Shown here: positions 12,773 to 25,336 of the stretch, piece after piece
How positions within the stretch are numbered: the first letter of the stretch is position 1
How the letters are laid out: the number at the start of each line of letters is the position of its first letter
NCBI RefSeq assembly: GCF_001194135.2
Contig: NC_068989.1
Span: 50,779,396 to 50,824,142 of the forward strand
Origin: Octopus bimaculoides
Lineage: Eukaryota
Reading direction: 5' to 3'
DNA length: 44,747 nt
Notes under the pieces: model-generated
What the model was told of the DNA's origin: nothing
What the model saw: only the letters and a program-made list of their open reading frames with translations
Databases searched by the model: none
Translations under genes and position numbers: made by a program

Positions 12773-13398
12773 TACAAGGGTATGTCAAAAACTATCCGCA
12801 ATTTCGCCATAATATATCTTTATTATTTTCACACTGCCTCCTGCGCATGTGTGCTTTTAGTTGGCACTATTGTGGTCACATCATCGAAGTCTGAGCCTGA
12901 TGGCGCCATTTTTCTTGCTGACTTTACAGTGTAAGCATGGCTGCCCCACTAGCAATATGCACAAAAAACAACAAAGAGCAGTGATTCTGATTTCTCTGGT
13001 CGAAAGGTGTGTCAGGTGCTGAAATTTATCGCAAGCTTTTAGCACAACCTGGGGACAGTGCACTACCACCTAGAAGTGTGTACGAGTAGATCGTGATGTT
13101 TAAAAGTGGTTGGATAAACGTAACACACGAAGAGAGAACAGGGCGCCCGTCAACCTCCACCACTGACGAGAAGATTCTACAAGCTCGACAGATGGTAATG
13201 GTGAACCGGTTCACCATTACCATGTCTCGGATCATTGCTCTTTTTCTTTGGCGCATATTGCAAGTGGAGAGGCCACACTTACACTGTGAAGCCAGAAAGG
13301 AAAATGGCGCGATCAGGCTTAAACTTCGATTACGTGACCACAGTAATACCAAATATAAGCACGCATGAGCAGAAGGCTGTGTGACAATAATAAAGATA
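12773..13398 (+). mobile_element. Mariner-derived fold-back element (5' transposase relic plus inverted copy of the 5' end)
   Basis: TA-CAAGGGTATGTCAAAAACTATCCGCAAT mariner-type end at 12773. Frameshifted N-terminus from ~12938: MAAPLAICTKKQQRAVI/FLWSKGVSGAEIYRKLLAQPGDSALPPRSVYE*IVMFKSGWINVTHEERTGRPSTSTTDEKI (mariner HTH, GRP motif). 13231-13398 is a reverse-complement copy of 12815-12985. Confidence 0.9.
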
Positions 13399-13570
13399 CA
13401 GTCCTATATTTAAGAGATGAGGAATTACGTACATTATTTACATTATTTACATTTGAAGGATATTTGAGAACAAATAACACATCATTTCGGCTGATATACC
13501 CTCCAGCCTTCATCAGGTGTCTTGAGGAAATTTCGAACCAGGGTTCTCATTCTTAAGGTACTGTTTGATG

Positions 13571-13572
<2 letters not shown>

Positions 13573-13634
<62 letters not shown>

Positions 13635-13700
13635 CATTATCATCATTATTCAGGTCACAGCCATGAATCGAACTCGGAATCTTGGGGTTAGTAGCCCGCA
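13573..13700 (-). mobile_element. Short tRNA-derived SINE fragment with (AAT)n tail
   Basis: B-box GAGTTCGATTC on the minus strand (13665-13675), followed by GTGACCTG and then an (AAT)n run at 13573-13649. Confidence 0.65.
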
Positions 13701-14813
13701 TGAAGGAAATTTTGAGAAAAAATCATATCTATATTCAATCTTAAAATTTATCTTAGACTGAGGCCCCTTTTGTGAGTTAGTGGGTGGGCTGTTTTTCTGG
13801 GAAAGTTCTTCTAGAGCCTTTTAAAGCAATTTATCCAGAGAGTTATTCTAACTTTTATCACAGAGAATTATGGTTTCACTATTTAGTCGTTACCTCTTTA
13901 AATAGGAACTAGGCATATGTAACTGATAGAATTCGTATATTAATTCAGATTTTAACGATGAACCGCATCATTACACCTCGAATATAGTTCATTATAGTTT
14001 TATTTAAAACATTGTACTCACAAATAAACCATATCCTTTCGGTATATCCAACCGTAGCAAAGGTTCTATTATAATAGACCTCCTTTGAGCAGGGAATATT
14101 TTTATTACAGGATTGACTGGAAACATTTGTTTAAATACCCTTCAGGATGGATTACTTACTGCTCTACGGTGTTTGAAACAGCTGTTAAAGGGCTGTGGTA
14201 GATCTAATACTACATGTAGAAAGTTAGCTACTTCACAATTATTTCCCAACTTAATATATTGTTACATGTTTTGAAGAAATTCCTAACCATTTGATTATTA
14301 CATATTACTCATTCTTTTTCTTTTAGATATTACTCATCTATTACAACAGTTATAGCATTTTATAAGAGAATTATCTCCATATAGATCGCACCCACTATTT
14401 AAGGGAGCTCCATTTTAATGCAGTATAAGATGTATATACTCACGGTATTAGTCACTTTAGCTGGTACTCTCGATTTAGTAAAAGTTGGTAGGTTTCTACT
14501 TTGTACTCCAATATTTATTTGAGAATTCAAAAATTGTCCTCTTAACCACTAAAATAGGGTTTACATCCTGTGTTGATAACTGGGAACATTTCAGAGCAAA
14601 GCATAAGCGCTTTGTTGAGTAGAGTATGGGTATTGTTCATCTAATACGTATGAAACGTCCATTTTGAATTCACTGAAGGCTAATTCTAGTTGTCTTTTCT
14701 TTACACTGTTTGCCTCATTTGACATAAGTCCTAACTGAGGCTTATTCCTCTGGTTTTTTTTAATCCCTACCTACATAACACGCATATATGTATATATGCA
14801 TAAATATATATGT

Positions 14814-14854
<41 letters not shown>

Positions 14855-16419
14855 TGTGTGTGTATTAGACTACATTAGTGCAGTAAGATGATACAATACA
14901 AGTGACAAAATTTATCTCTAATTCCTTCGCAACACGATATTCTCGTTTCTGCTCTATTACACAATAATATGAAATACCGACAAACGCGAAAGAAACAACT
15001 GTTTTCAAACTCTTGCGTCCTAAATGAACCACTCTATTTACGTGCATTTTGTTATCAGCAATTTACAATCAAACATAAATTATGCTACCTGAAGTAAGTC
15101 ATAAATGTCTGTGAAATGTGGGCCCTCTAACACATGGACAAAGTAAGGGACTGTATATTAACACACAGATAACAGGATAGCTTGCAAGCACCAACGAACA
15201 AGCAACAGCAGCATTTACTGAAGAATAATATTGTCAACAGATGTTACATATCGTAGCATATGCTGTGTAGTCGCCCAATTTCTTTTGGCAGCTACTGTCA
15301 TGAGAAAAAGAATATTCCAAAAATGGTTAACAGCTCATCTGGTTTGAAGACCGCCTGAGTTTGACTTTCTTGATTGCTGCAATGATTCAGGAGAAATAAA
15401 TTTGAAGTTGTTTTTTTTTTAGTATTATTATTCTAAGACACAAGTAGCAAGTAAATTTTATTATAGATCCATTATTCCTGCAATATGGATATGAAAAAAA
15501 AAATGGCTGGACCATAAGAACAGTGTTCAAGAGTGGTTTACAACGTGTTTCTGCCTCGCTGTAAAAGTATATTATCTGGCTAAGAACCTTAAAATTAGAA
15601 TATTAACATCTAGACAATACTTCAGATCAACCATATAACCCACATAAACTGGCAGATAATGTTGACGAATCGAATCTTTTCTGCATCCAACCAAAACCAG
15701 GTTTATTCATCCTCATGAGCCAGATAGTTATTGCAACAGTGAAAGCTCACCATTTACGCGCATCGTTAAGCAATTAATAAAGTTCTTAGATGATGAGACT
15801 AAACTAGCTGTAAAGGAATTTTATGTGGTTATTATATTATGAATCCTACTGAAAATTTGACAGCAGATGGCGACAAGGAAAAGTAGACAGAGTAATTATT
15901 GTCTGCAGTGAAACTTATCGAAATTGAATTCCAGACATGCGGGTTAATTAAGAGCCAATTCAAAATTCTCATCAGGATATTGTTGAGAGGGGAACGCCAG
16001 ATAGAATTTGTAGAAATAAATCAAGATGCATTAGCCTTACGTAAATATGATGCGGAAGAGATATCGCATGAGAACCTCGTGGAAAATTTGCTGTGCTGCT
16101 CTGAACAAGAAAATAAGAACACCGTGCATGGAGGACTGCACAGAATTTAACAAAAAAAATTTCGTCTGAGGGTTTTTAGATTAACAAAAGTCAAACAAAT
16201 ACGAAACTACACACAATGTATCACACAGAGAGAAGCTGAAAGCAAACAGGTTATAATGAGGGCATTTAACTGTTACACAAAATAATACGAAGAGACGCAA
16301 TGTTGCATAGCAAATCACAATCTCATTCAGTATTATTAGTCTTTCATATTTGTAATTATGGCGCTGGTTTGTTGATATTTTAGCAACTCGGAATTAGGAA
16401 TACGATTGCACCATTTATG

Positions 16420-16973
16420 AATGTGGTTGCTTTCAGAGAATTCAAGAGGCACCCATTTTCCAAGTTTAGGAACCTTTCCAAGTTATTGAAGATGACGATG
16501 AAAAGTTGTATGGTTTGAACTAAGCTTTGTTGCCAATTCTTCAACTGATAATGCAGGAGTTTCTTCAAGTAATGCCTCAAGGAGCTTATCATCAAACTCA
16601 ACTGGACGTCCTGTTCGATATTCATCGTCAAGGCTGAAATCTCTACTCCTGAATTTTGCAAACAACCTTCTGCAGGTTCATTCATTCAAGCATTCGTTCC
16701 CATAAACTGAGTGTAGGTTTCGAGTCGCTTCAGCTGCAGAGTTTAACTGTTTTGTACTCATAAAGCATTATGTGCCTTAAATGCTCTTTGAATACTTCCA
16801 TGTTACAAAGTGTTTTAATCAAAGACATTTTAATTCTATTATTCTGTAAAATAATATTTAATTAGTTTAAATGTGCACAAATTTTAAATTCTATTAGACA
16901 TTATAAAATGCTATTAAATTTCATATAATTTAAAAAAAAGGTAAAATCGGACAGAACTTATGGGATGACCTGA
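16420..16973 (-). mobile_element. 3'-truncated mariner element with decayed transposase
   Basis: TIR-like TCAGGTCATCCCATAAGTTCTGTCCGATTTTACC (16940-16973). From ATG at 16801: MEVFKEHLRHIMLYEYK/SAAEATRNLHSVYGNECLNE*TCRRLFAKFRSRDFSLDDEYRTGRPVEFDDKLLEALLEETPALSVEELATKLSSNHTTFHRHLQ*LGKVPKLGKWVPLEFSE (WVPHEL-like motif). DD34D domain and right TIR not seen. Confidence 0.92.
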
Positions 16974-17254
16974 TCTATATGTTGAACATTGATTTTCTTC
17001 TTACATTTCACTTCCACTAGATATCTCTACTTCCAAGCCTTTAAACTTCTATTTTAATTCACATATCGCTCTATATTTCTCCTTTATTAGTTTTCAGCTT
17101 ATTTTTTCCTTTACTCCTTGTCTTTCTATAGGCTACCTTTGACGTTATAACTTTTAACGACTTAAAAAAATACAACAACTTAATAGCGTTCCGTTCATCA
17201 TTATACACATCCATCTCATTCTGTTAAAATGTCTTATTGATGAGTTTGGTTTCT

Positions 17255-17355
17255 TTCTTTCTTTCCCTGAAGAAGATTACTTTGTTTTACACCATTTTAT
17301 TCCTTTCGAATAATACAAAATGTTGTCTTCGAAACATATGTCGGACATAAAAGAA
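17255..17355 (+). ncRNA. Hammerhead ribozyme-like motif (type I, extended stem II, intact core)
   Basis: TCC-CTGAAGA (17267-17273), long imperfect hairpin, GAAA (17331-17334), palindromic stem III ACAT/ATGT, GUC triplet (C17342), GGA. Distal stem I TTCTTT (17255-60)/AAAGAA (17350-55) lies beyond an internal loop. Confidence 0.6.
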
Positions 17356-17542
17356 TTTGAATAACACCTGCATTTAACTCCATTTATTTATTTATTTATT
17401 TATTTATATACATATATTATACCAAATGCTTCACATCATCCCGGGAATCTACCTTTACAAACAGGGTTTTACGTCCTTATTACTTGTGTGAGTTTATGCT
17501 GCCGTGGTAACTGTTTATTTACAAGGGAAACATGCACACATC

Positions 17543-17573
<31 letters not shown>

Positions 17574-17580
<7 letters not shown>

Positions 17581-18035
17581 TTTAAAATTATAATACAGGG
17601 TATCTAAGGGTTACCGCCACGCTGAAAAATAGCAGTGAAATCCTGACTCTAAAACCACAATAAATGTCCACATGGCATAAGGAGCGAAGACGAAGACACG
17701 AGGAGTTTTTCAGGCGGGCTATTTAAGCTAGTCGTGTACATACGTGCATATAAATGTATGTATATGTCCGTATATGTAAGTATACTGTTTATATACATAT
17801 ATTTGTATTTATGTACTGGAGTATATTCCATCGATGAAGGCAAAGCATTATTTATGCAAAGCCAGAAATCCAGGATCTGGAATTATCTTGTTATTTTTAC
17901 TGGTTTATTTTGTCTTCGTCTTCGCTCCTTATGCCATGTGGACATTTATTGTGGTTTTAGAGTCAGGGTTTGACTGCTATATTTCAGCGTGGCGGTATCC
18001 CTTAGATACCCTGTATTATAATTTTAAATAATTAT
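17574..18035. mobile_element. Fold-back element with 125-bp inverted arms and an internal hammerhead-like motif
   Basis: Arms 17574-17698 and 17911-18035 are reverse complements with 4 mismatches in 125 nt. No ORF. Left end abuts a (TA)n tract. Confidence 0.9.
17825..17883 (+). ncRNA. Hammerhead ribozyme-like motif (type I, variant core)
   Basis: ATTCCA-TCGATGA-A-GGC-AAA-GCAT[TATTT]ATGC-AAA-GCC-A-GAAA-TCC[A]GGA-TC-TGGAAT: 6-bp stem I, two-part stem II, 4-bp quasi-palindromic stem III, AUC triplet. First box is UCGAUGA rather than CUGAUGA. Confidence 0.6.
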
Positions 18036-18744
18036 TACCTTTGATGGTTTTTATTCCCATGCTGGCCACTTGATAAGATCAATATTTTAAATATCGATCT
18101 TATCCTTATANNNNNNNNNNNNNNNNNNNNNNNNNNNNNNNNNNNNNNNNNNNNNNNNNNNNNNNNNNNNNNNNNNNNNNNNNNNNNNNNNNNNNNNNNN
18201 NNNNNNNNNNNNNNNNNNNNNNNNNNNNNNNNNNNNNNNNNNNNNNNNNNNNNNNNNNNNNNNNNNNNNNNNNNNNNNNNNNNNNNNNNNNNNNNNNNNN
18301 NNNNNNNNNNNNNNNNNNNNNNNNNNNNNNNNNNNNNNNNNNNNNNNNNNNNNNNNNNNNNNNNNNNNNNNNNNNNNNNNNNNNNNNNNNNNNNNNNNNN
18401 NNNNNNNNNNNNNNNNNNNNNNNNNNNNNNNNNNNNNNNNNNNNNNNNNNNNNNNNNNNNNNNNNNNNNNNNNNNNNNNNNNNNNNNNNNNNNNNNNNNN
18501 NNNNNNNNNNNNNNNNNNNNNNNNNNNNNNNNNNNNNNNNNNNNNNNNNNNNNNNNNNNNNNNNNNNNNNNNNNNNNNNNNNNNNNNNNNNNNNNNNNNN
18601 NNNNNNNNNNNNNNNNNNNNNNNNNNNNNNNNNNNNNNNNNNNNNNNNNNNNNNNNNNNNNNNNNNNNNNNNNNNNNNNNNNNNNNNNNNNNNNNNNNNN
18701 NNNNNNNNNNNNNNNNNNNNNNNNNNNNNNNNNNNNNNNNNNNN

Positions 18745-18780
<36 letters not shown>

Positions 18781-20179
18781 ATGCACATGTGTGTATGTTT
18801 GTGTGCATTCTTAAATCTCTCGGTCTAACTAAATATATCTATAGGTAACTACCTCTTTGTATGTATATAAGTTGAGGTGTAAGTGAGTTTATATTTGTAT
18901 AAGACAAAGAAAGTGCGTATGTATTTAAATGACTGTGGGCATATGTAATCATGGTTATGCTCTTACGTTTGTATTTTCCTTTTGGTGCACCAATAAATGT
19001 CCTTTCTTCTTTCACTTTGCTATAAAGGTCGTCATTCAAGAAATAAATTACAGTAAAAATATATTTTATCTGTTCTTGAAAAACGAAAATTACGTTCATT
19101 ATTTTAACCTTTTCAACATTTATAAAAATCGAAACAATGCTTTTTGTTACATAGATCAAAACATACTAGAAATAAATATTTCTTTATGCTTTTTAGAAAA
19201 GATTAACAGTTTTCAAGTAATCGTACATTTTGACATAAGCTTTCTGCAAGGTTGTATTGACATAGATAAAAGAAATTATCTCGTAAGTAAATTTAAATTT
19301 GGCGATTTATATTCCGTATATATGAACTTTATATCTAGCTTTGGCTAGATGAGTCGAAACTCATAAAATACCGTGGAATGTATCAGAGCCATGCACACAG
19401 CGATTTATGTTCAACTAGAATTTTCACAAAACATCATCCGTAGTTGACATTTCTAAGAAAATATATGGGGGATGTGTATGACATTTTGTTCTTTCTAAGG
19501 CGTGCCTTTTTTAACGGATGGCCGTTTCTACTTCAATGAAGTAATACTTAAACACACTTGTCCATGTTGGCGAACATAATGTTGAAGATTATCTGGAATG
19601 TTGCTACACTGGATGGTGTAAAATTTAATTTGGACTGATGAATCGGAAGTTCCAAAAACATTGCAAACATTTGGGATACATGCCGAAATAATAAAAGATA
19701 CAACGAACGTAGAAATTCATTCATTAGATTCGACCCTTTTCATTTACGGACCAAAGTGCACTACGAAAAGATTTGTATTATGTCCGTACTGAAACGTAAT
19801 GGTAATGTATGGGGTTCAAAAAATAGTCTTCGTCTTCACCGTTATAATAGCCTATAATGCATCAAACAAATGAAATATTATCTTGAAATGTAGATGTTTT
19901 TTTTTTTACTAAGAATAATGTGTTTATAAGAGAGATAAAACGATTGATGTGGTTGAGTGTCAATCAAAGCAGGTGCAGTTAAGTGAGTGTTGTAAAATGT
20001 GGAGAGAGATTAATTTTCGAGAGGAAGAAATAGGTCGAACAAAACTTTTACAACATCAGGGAAATGGGATTTCATATGACGGAATGATGAGCAGATGAGT
20101 CGAGTTTCAAGGCAATGTTATCTGTGGTAGTGATATAGCTAGTGTGTTGTTCAAAGAAGAGATATAGTAACAGTTGTAG

Positions 20180-20315
20180 TAGTATGGAGAAACAGAGAGA
20201 GAGAAAGGGGGAGAGGTAGAGGGAGAGAGACAGAATGAGAGAGAGAGAGAGAGAGAGGAAAAGGAAGAGAAAGAGTGTGAAAGGAAGGGAGAGAGAGGGA
20301 AAGAGGGAGGGAAAT
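20180..20315 (+). repeat. Purine-rich (GA)n low-complexity tract
   Basis: Almost entirely G/A with AGAG/GGAG motifs. Confidence 0.85.
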
Positions 20316-21133
20316 GCACAATTATTGAAGTAACTTGTTGCATGAAAACACGCAAATGCATTGAATTTTTCTTTTGTTTAGATAATATGAGAATGAGAAA
20401 ATGCTATTCCAGTTGTAGTCGTGATATATTGCGCAATACGTGCAGCATTTTCAGACAGGAATCTTAATTGAACTCTGTGATCCATAATACCAGTAGCCAT
20501 AATATTGGTTGCTATTTAACGCAGTATTTACACCTATAGAGTAGACCTTATTTTTATGGGTTAACGTATAGTCTGATGTCCAGGATGCACAGACTGATGC
20601 TTAGAGCACACACGCAGGTGCTTAGGGAATACGTGGTTTTTTTTTCGTTTTTTTTTTCGTTTTTTTTTTCGTTTTTTTTTTTTGTAATTCAGTTCAAGAA
20701 GCTTATGATGAAATATATATCTTTTACATTCAGCGAAACTTATAGGATACAAGCAGATAGATGACGTGTTTGAACCTCTGAATATTGATATAGATAGGGA
20801 AAGCGGAAGAATAAACATGTAAATATATTTCCCCAAGAGGATTAAATTCATTTGGATCAAGAGATTTTTGGAACGTTATATAGCTGATTGTTATATTAAT
20901 AGGTTAATAAGTGTGTTATTCAACAAAACAACTAACATATTAGGCATTAAGTAGTTTCTATTGCAAAAATGCCTTTTTTTCTTTGTTACAAGTCCTTTGA
21001 ATTTAGTTAATTTCGTGTGCAGATGCGACCATATCTTTTAAAATTGATATACTAATTACGGTTTGCTTTCAGTTTTAAGATCTAAATACCTAATTATGTT
21101 TAACTACACTATATATATATATATATTTGTATA

Positions 21134-21191
<58 letters not shown>

Positions 21192-22258
21192 NNNNNNNNN
21201 NNNNNNNNNNNNNNNNNNNNNNNNNNNNNNTATATATCCATATTTAGTTGTACAGCATGACTTATTTTCCTCAAAATACTCCAGTATATGTTGAAATAAA
21301 TTTTAAATCTGAATTTAAGCATACAGAAAATTTGACGGTTGTGTTATTTCAACTTTAGTGCGCACTTGGATTTATAAGCAACATAGTTTATTATATCCGC
21401 AGCATATCAATAAAGATAAACTGTGGACTCTTTTCAAAAAGATTAGTTGAATATTCCATTATCATGGTTATATTACAATTAAAGCTCAAAAAGTGAAGAT
21501 TTATATTGCATTTCTTGTTTTGTCGTGGTCTATGATATTTATTGTATCTTCCGTTAGAAAATAGATCAATATTTTAAGTTAGTTTTATGCATGCATCATT
21601 AAAAAAATCTGCTTTTAATGATCCCTTTTCGTGTGTCTAGTACGTATTTGTTTACTTCTCTAGTGATATATACAAATCCATACAGATGTGGGCAGGTACA
21701 CACACAAACACGCACACACTAACACACATTTATAGTGTATACGTATTCTTCTTTCATCTGAGATATTTGCTTTTTCAGCATATTAAAGGGAATTATTTAG
21801 CATCATCGTTACATCATGCTATTATGTAAAATGTGTTTTTCTATATATTTTTATAGTTATCTTGTCGGTTAAGTATGAACACTGAAATTTACTGTGCATT
21901 GCACACCAACCGTTGGTTTGAGATTCTTTGTCATTATTCATACTAAATTTAATTATGACTTGGGTTTATATATAAAAACATATTGGAGAGTTTCTGTTGC
22001 CAAAGATACTCTTTTTATTCTATTCCATTTCCTTATTATTTTGTACAATCGTTTTCCCAATAAATTCTAGATTTTCAATACTATGCACTTTCATAACATC
22101 TTCGTTGATATGAAGAACTGTACTTGACTGAAAGTTGAGTGTGCTCCATACACAATGGAAATATGTGTAACCTACAGAATAATATGGTTTACATTTTGGA
22201 CAACATTTTGTAATTGAACGATCATCACATGGATTGATATCATCTTTCACTACAAAGT

Positions 22259-22306
22259 TATGTATGTATGTATGTATGTATGTATATATGTATGTATGTA
22301 TGCATG

Positions 22307-22340
<34 letters not shown>

Positions 22341-22355
22341 TGTATGTATGTATGC
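22259..22355. repeat. (TATG)n microsatellite
   Basis: Tetranucleotide run, the source of the MYVC/HTYI ORFs. Confidence 0.95.
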
Positions 22356-22410
22356 GTGTATGTATGCCTGTGTTCATGCATACACACAAACAAACACACA
22401 TACCCACCTC

Positions 22411-22632
22411 AGTATTTTTTAAGCTTAAAACTGATAAGCGATCACTGTGCAATGACTAAAGAAAACAGTCTAATAATACAGCATATAAGCTCTCGACGGA
22501 AAAAAAGTAATTTCTTCAGTACGTGGGGAAACACTTTCTTTTTCCGTCGAGGGCGTATATGTCCCATTATTTGACTGTTTTCATTGACCATTGCACAGTG
22601 ATCACTTATAAGATTTAGGCTTATAAATTACT
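22411..22632. mobile_element. ~220-bp hairpin (MITE-like) element
   Basis: Arms ~22411-22508 and ~22533-22632 align as reverse complements (GATCACTGTGCAATG/CATTGCACAGTGATC; CTCGACGGAAAAA/TTTTTCCGTCGAG) around a ~24-nt loop. Confidence 0.85.
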
Positions 22633-22731
22633 ATCGTTATTATTTACAGGATTGTAAAATCGACGCTGCTTATCAAAATACTTTTCATACATATAAACAC
22701 ACACACACTCAATCACATACATATACACGCA

Positions 22732-22789
<58 letters not shown>

Positions 22790-24211
22790 CTTTGACACAC
22801 GAAGATATATATGTGTGTGTGTATGTATGTATGTATATATGTGTAAGTATCTATCTATATACGTCCGTATAATTTATTTGCATCCCGTTATGAGAAACCA
22901 AATCATGCTTTGGATCAGGATATTTCATAAATATTTCGTAGATTCTAAGCCAAGAACAATTTGAAGAGTTTCATTACTTTGAAATGTCAGATTAAATTTC
23001 ATTGCTTAAGATGTTACTCTTTATGTATTAGACTCAAGATAACCTTCGAAAATGATTGTTGAACTGAACGTATACTGATCTGCATGTTTCTTAACGAAAG
23101 TTCCTTCATACAATTATACTAGAGGGTACACATATTTGTACGTAATCTTTCTTCCGTTGGACACAGAAGATGAGAGATGAAAGCATTTCATGAGTGACAT
23201 AAAAAGAATTTACCTAACATCAATACAACTGCATGTGACATTTTATAATAATTGATGTTAATACAATATATGGAATAATTTTGAAAGAAGTATAATGACA
23301 GCATATCGAACTTTTCTAGAACTCTCCACTGATTTAACTGTTGTTGTCACAGGCCAGCCTCAAATCCCTTGTTCTCGGATTTCATATAGCATATCATATT
23401 GCCTGGAATAATATTGTTTAATTCCTTTTATCTTCATATTATTATTTTACTTATTATATTCAGACATATCTCTGTTATATGAGTTGATTTAATAGACTTA
23501 AAAAATGTACAATTTATGTTATTTATTAGCGCACGATCACGTGTTTTCTGTAACATTCTATGTAAACTGATAGAGATGACCAGTATCAGCTTCATTCGAA
23601 CACATTCGCATCGCATGGAATCGGGAAGTTGGTAAGGGAACAGCAATGTCAATATAGATCAAGTTGTTGAAAGTACAAACAAGATGGGAACAGGTTTACT
23701 CCTTGTGTATCCATGATAGATATTAGGTAGGTATCACTAATATGTTGTTATGCAGATATCCCATAATGTACTGCAAATGTATGGTTTCCGCTGTAATGGC
23801 ATTTGTGATTGGAAGGATATAGCCAAACATTTCAAACATTTGTTCAACTCGATATTATGAACAGTCATAAGAAACGGGAGAAAGTGCCGTCAAGTCTTAC
23901 TTTCAAGTCCATGGTCAGTTTCCACGCAGAAATCCTTTTGGACCGAACGTAAAAAAGTTCTTCTTAAAATAGTTAGTTAAGACAAGATCCTTCCATCAAA
24001 AATAACAAGTTTTCGCAAGACAAATTGAGGATGGAGTGATAACCCCGAAACATTGAATGCAATGTAAGTCTACATTAATTCATATATTTGTTTTCTCGTG
24101 ATTTGCTTTGCTTTTACTTTACATTTTTCTGGTCTTAACCACGATCCTTAATACAATACACACACACGCACGGAAGCGCGCGCGCACACACACACACACA
24201 CACGCATATAA

Positions 24212-24415
24212 ACGAGGGTTCCTGAAAAGTTCCTGGCTTTAAGGGTATCGCGAAAGACTTGGATTCTTGGTTTATACAGGGCTTAAAAAAACTGAAGGAC
24301 CGTTGCAACAAGTGTGTTAATCTGAGAGGGATATATGTTGAAAAGAATTATAACTAACTGATCCTACTGCATTTTCTTTTACCCAAAGCCAAGAACTTTT
24401 CAGCACCACGTCGTA
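24212..24415 (+). mobile_element. Internally deleted mariner (MITE-like) with both TIRs
   Basis: Left ACGAGGGTTCCTGAAAAGTTCCTGGCTTT and right AAAGCCAAGAACTTTTCAGCACCACGTCGTA. Internal LDSWFIQGLKKLKDRCNKCVNLRGIYVEKNYN* (from 24259) resembles a mariner transposase C-terminus. Confidence 0.88.
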
Positions 24416-25336
24416 ATGATTTTAAAGTTTCTTTCGAATACAAGACCGCTCTATTTCTTTTACAGTTCGTATCCTGAAGTATTGTTTATTTCCATATTTA
24501 ATAGTGTTTTATAATGTTTGGTGGTTTATTCGAAGTGAATGGGGAAGACTCAAACTTAACGATTGTAGCAAATTTACACGTCTAGCTTCAGGAATAGAAT
24601 ACATTCTAGAAAATTGTTTAGAATATATGACAGTAATAGGAAAGAACACAGCCATGGGGAATGCAAACTATAGCAAAAAGAAAAAAAAAATCAATATCAG
24701 ATAGCTTAGAAATTATACGAAGCAAGTTATACAATTTAGTTATAAACTTTTCGGTAAATATATTCGTTGAAAATAGATAAGGTTATCTATAATTTCAAAT
24801 TTATGGTAAAAGAGAAACTGTAAATTCTTTCAAATCCTGTAAAACTGCCACTGAATTGAAATGATATGACTAAAATTTAAACTAATTGAAAGAATATAAA
24901 AAATCTAGGCAAATCAATAAAGGCTGATAAAAATTGAATTTAGCATTAGTTGGAAGAAAAATCAAATAAATGAATTGAATCTCATAAATGTGTTTGATAA
25001 ATACACGTGAATTATAAAGATATTTAACAATAAACTACTGCCAAAAAATAATCGCTAAAATGGATTTCAACTTATAAGTCAGTCTCATTAAAGTATATTT
25101 TAACATTTTGCATGAACATTTTATTACAGATATGCAAATCATATTTGAGTCATGCTACAAAAGAAGCTTTGGGAATGAGTTTCCATGAAAACAAAAGAAC
25201 ACGTCGAATTTCTAGTTTTAAAATCTGCCAAGGTAAAAACATGACTCAACACATGACCAGCATTTGGAAAAATTACACCAAAATGTTAAAATATTCTATG
25301 TTTATTGAATTTCAGTAACTGAAGTCCTAAGTCAAT

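Noticed and set aside
15960-15980. CTGATGAG on the minus strand (also CTGATGAG at 36803 and CTGACGA at 1167, 13163, 37826)
   Set aside because: No downstream stem II-GAAA-stem III arrangement.
19630-19660. TTTGGA-CTGATGA-ATCGGAAGT-TCCAAA
   Set aside because: Stem I-like pairing is present but there is no GAAA box or viable stem II. At best a deleted remnant.
23570-23950. Coding-looking stretch with several splice-like sites on both strands
   Set aside because: All frames are interrupted and no family motif was recognised.
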